This document shows positions 62,149 to 64,000 of a stretch of 64,000 nt of DNA, in pieces. Origin of the DNA: the human T2T-CHM13v2.0 reference genome, Homo sapiens; the NCBI RefSeq assembly GCF_009914755.1, contig NC_060925.1; one strand, 5' to 3'. Under the pieces are notes generated by a model. It was given only the letters and a program-made list of their open reading frames with translations, was not told where the DNA came from and did no database searches. Both the position numbers and the translations under genes were made by a program. Within the stretch, counting starts at the first letter, position 1. Every line of letters begins with the position of its first letter.

Positions 62149-62283
62149 CAAGGCTTCCTTCCCTACAGTTAGGACTGAGGTGTAGGCTTCCAGATACACT
62201 CGACTGCAGCGTCTAACAACTTCCAGGCCCTTGACTGTGATGTCCTTGGCATCTCCCAGGCCCAACCCGATGAGATAAAGCAT
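62149..62283 (-). CDS. DPH5: DPH5 exon 2, first coding exon (aa 1-45)
   Basis: [45 protein letters not shown], with the class III SAM-methyltransferase N-terminal IGLGLG motif; donor TTG|gtaggt. Confidence 0.98.
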
Positions 62284-62522
62284 TTCAAACTTGAGGAGAA
62301 GAGAGACTGCAAGACGAAGTGGACAGAAAAACCGTCAGTAACACCGAGGACATCTAAAATCTAGTGATGAACACGATGACAACCAAAGTAGCACAAGAGA
62401 AGAGGCAAGTCACAAGGAGGGGTTTGGGAACCTTATGTCACGCTTAAGAACTGGGATAAGAGGTTTTAAACAACCCTACCAGTTTTGCCTCTTGTTACAC
62501 AAACCTAGGAGCAGCCAATTAC

Positions 62523-62624
62523 CCGCTGAGAGAATCGTAGGTAGTTCTCTGGCCTTTACAAATTCTTAACTACCACCTTTCCGCAGAAGCAACTGCAAAA
62601 GCGCCGGCTCCGTGCAGAGAAAAG
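62523..62624 (-). other. DPH5: DPH5 non-coding exon 1 (5'UTR)
   Basis: Donor CGG|gtaatt at 62521-62522; lies in the CpG-rich region; no upstream ATG. The start is inferred at the pyrimidine tract. The exon 2 acceptor is ttgcag| with exon start 62306. Confidence 0.7.
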
Positions 62625-62679
62625 GCCCACGCCGCCGGCCTCACCTACGGTGCCGCAAAATGCTGGTGCCTTTACTGCA

Positions 62680-62901
62680 CTTTACGACTAGCGGGAGGGG
62701 GCCGGGCTAGCGGGCTACTGGGCTGCGGAGACCAGAGCCCGGCTCCACTGAAGAAACCCGCCGGCTGCTGGGGCAGGGCGGCGAAAGGTCAGTCGGCCGA
62801 GAGGAGTCCGTGGAGCCACCGTTTCATAGCCTCAGGGAAAGGATCGGGCGTGCTCACGAGCCCTCTAACCCATGGCTTAAACACCCGCTTCCTAAGCCTG
62901 G
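62680..62901 (+). ncRNA. Probable first exon of a divergent lncRNA
   Basis: Strong + strand donor TGG|gtaagt at 62902 at the island edge. A DPH5 divergent transcript is recalled from annotation; the start is approximate. Confidence 0.45.
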
Positions 62902-63599
62902 GTAAGTGCAGTAGCTCTTCGCTCGAGAGGAGCCACGTGGAAGAGAGTCGGGAGGGGCCCTGCGCCCTACTCCTCCTCTCCAGAAACAGGGAGGGCTGGG
63001 AAGGATTTTCCTGATTTGTCCCCGGATTTGGCCGAGTGCACAGATTTTAATTCCAGTCTTCTCATCCTCCTGTAGTTCAACTAGGTGTCTTCCTGGTGAA
63101 GCGTGAGATTGGCAAACCCAGCAGTGAGTGTGCTTCTGATTTCCCAACAAGGCAATGACTCCTTGGGTTTGTCCCCAAGACCTTATGCCTGGAGTGCCCC
63201 AAGGATGTTTCAGTCACCCTCAGTGTCAGGAATCCCAGACCTTCCTGTACCTAAAGAAGTGACCTTTAATAGTGCTCAGGGATTTCAGACCTCTCAAGTG
63301 TTTCTGCCGGGGGAATTCTTATAAAGCTGTTGGTTACATGTAATTAGAAATAGGGAAGATTTGTTTTGACTGAAAATGCTCTTCCCAAGGTGACCTCATC
63401 CAAGTTAAAAAAGACAGCTGTCATTGCTTTTCTTAGCAGGCAGTGTTGGTTACTCAGAATTTTCCTGTTGCCTCCCCGACAATGCCCAACTCCGCTTCCT
63501 TGAACCTTGGCTTTTTTTCATTCCCAGGTTCCATCCACCTTTTTGCACTTCCTATCTATAAACTCTTCGTGGCTGTGTTTTATCCCCTCTCATTACGTT

Positions 63600-64000
63600 G
63601 ATCTATTCCTCACACCACATACACACCCCAAAAAACTCAAAATGGATCGTAGATGTAAATGGAAAACCTAAACCTATACCAGAAGAAAACATAGGAGGAA
63701 ATATTCGTGACCTTATTTAGGCAAATATTTCTTAAACCAAAAGCGTGATGAAAAAAATTGATAAATTGGACTTCAACAAAGTAAAAATTTATGCTCTTCA
63801 AAAGACTTGAAGCCACATACTGAAAATATTTACAAAGCATGTATCTGATGAAGGACTTGTATGGAGAATATATAAGGAGCACTCAGAAAGCAATAATAAA
63901 ACAGTTCGTTGTTTAAAAATGGGCAAAAGATTTGAATAGACACCAAAGAAGATACACAAATAGCAAATAATTATTTTAAAAGATCTTAAACAAACAAAAA
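63600..64000 (+). mobile_element. L1M ORF2 3' fragment running off the window
   Basis: aactcaaaatggatc...agaagaaaacatagga...aaatgggcaaaagatttgaatagaca. Confidence 0.88.

Larger units (their letters stand above)
62510..63040. promoter_or_regulatory. CpG-island promoter, likely bidirectional
   Basis: The only CpG-dense non-Alu region. GC boxes near 62690-62705 and 62776-62781, CCACGTGG at 62933-62940, CCAAT at 62515-62519, no TATA box. Confidence 0.85.

Overview
Primate, almost certainly human, genomic DNA: AT-rich and repeat-dense with 24 Alus. It holds two convergent protein-coding genes, recognised from translated exons. On the + strand are the last two coding exons and a ~6.9 kb 3'UTR of SLC30A7 (ZnT7 zinc transporter). 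On the - strand is the complete DPH5 gene (diphthine methyl ester synthase): 7 coding exons join with GT-AG boundaries into 858 nt (285 aa + stop), with a non-coding exon 1 in a CpG-rich, apparently bidirectional promoter at ~62.5-63.0 kb. The rest is Alu, L1, L2, MIR, two THE1/MST-type LTRs and DNA-transposon fossils, including a near full-length Tigger1. I find no novel protein-coding system; almost all listed ORFs are repeat-derived or chance. The best leads are RNA-level and all are inferences needing expression data: (i) a TCT/5'TOP start on DPH5 plus an upstream donor that would bypass it; (ii) a chain of + strand splice and poly(A) signals antisense to DPH5, one using the same palindrome as the DPH5 exon 7 acceptor; (iii) a strong acceptor in the last SLC30A7 intron giving a 21-nt in-frame microexon or an alternative last exon; (iv) a candidate DPH5 poison exon; (v) an LTR-donated poly(A) signal in the DPH5 3'UTR. 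Exon coordinates were read at base level. Old-repeat boundaries and subfamily names are approximate and from recall.
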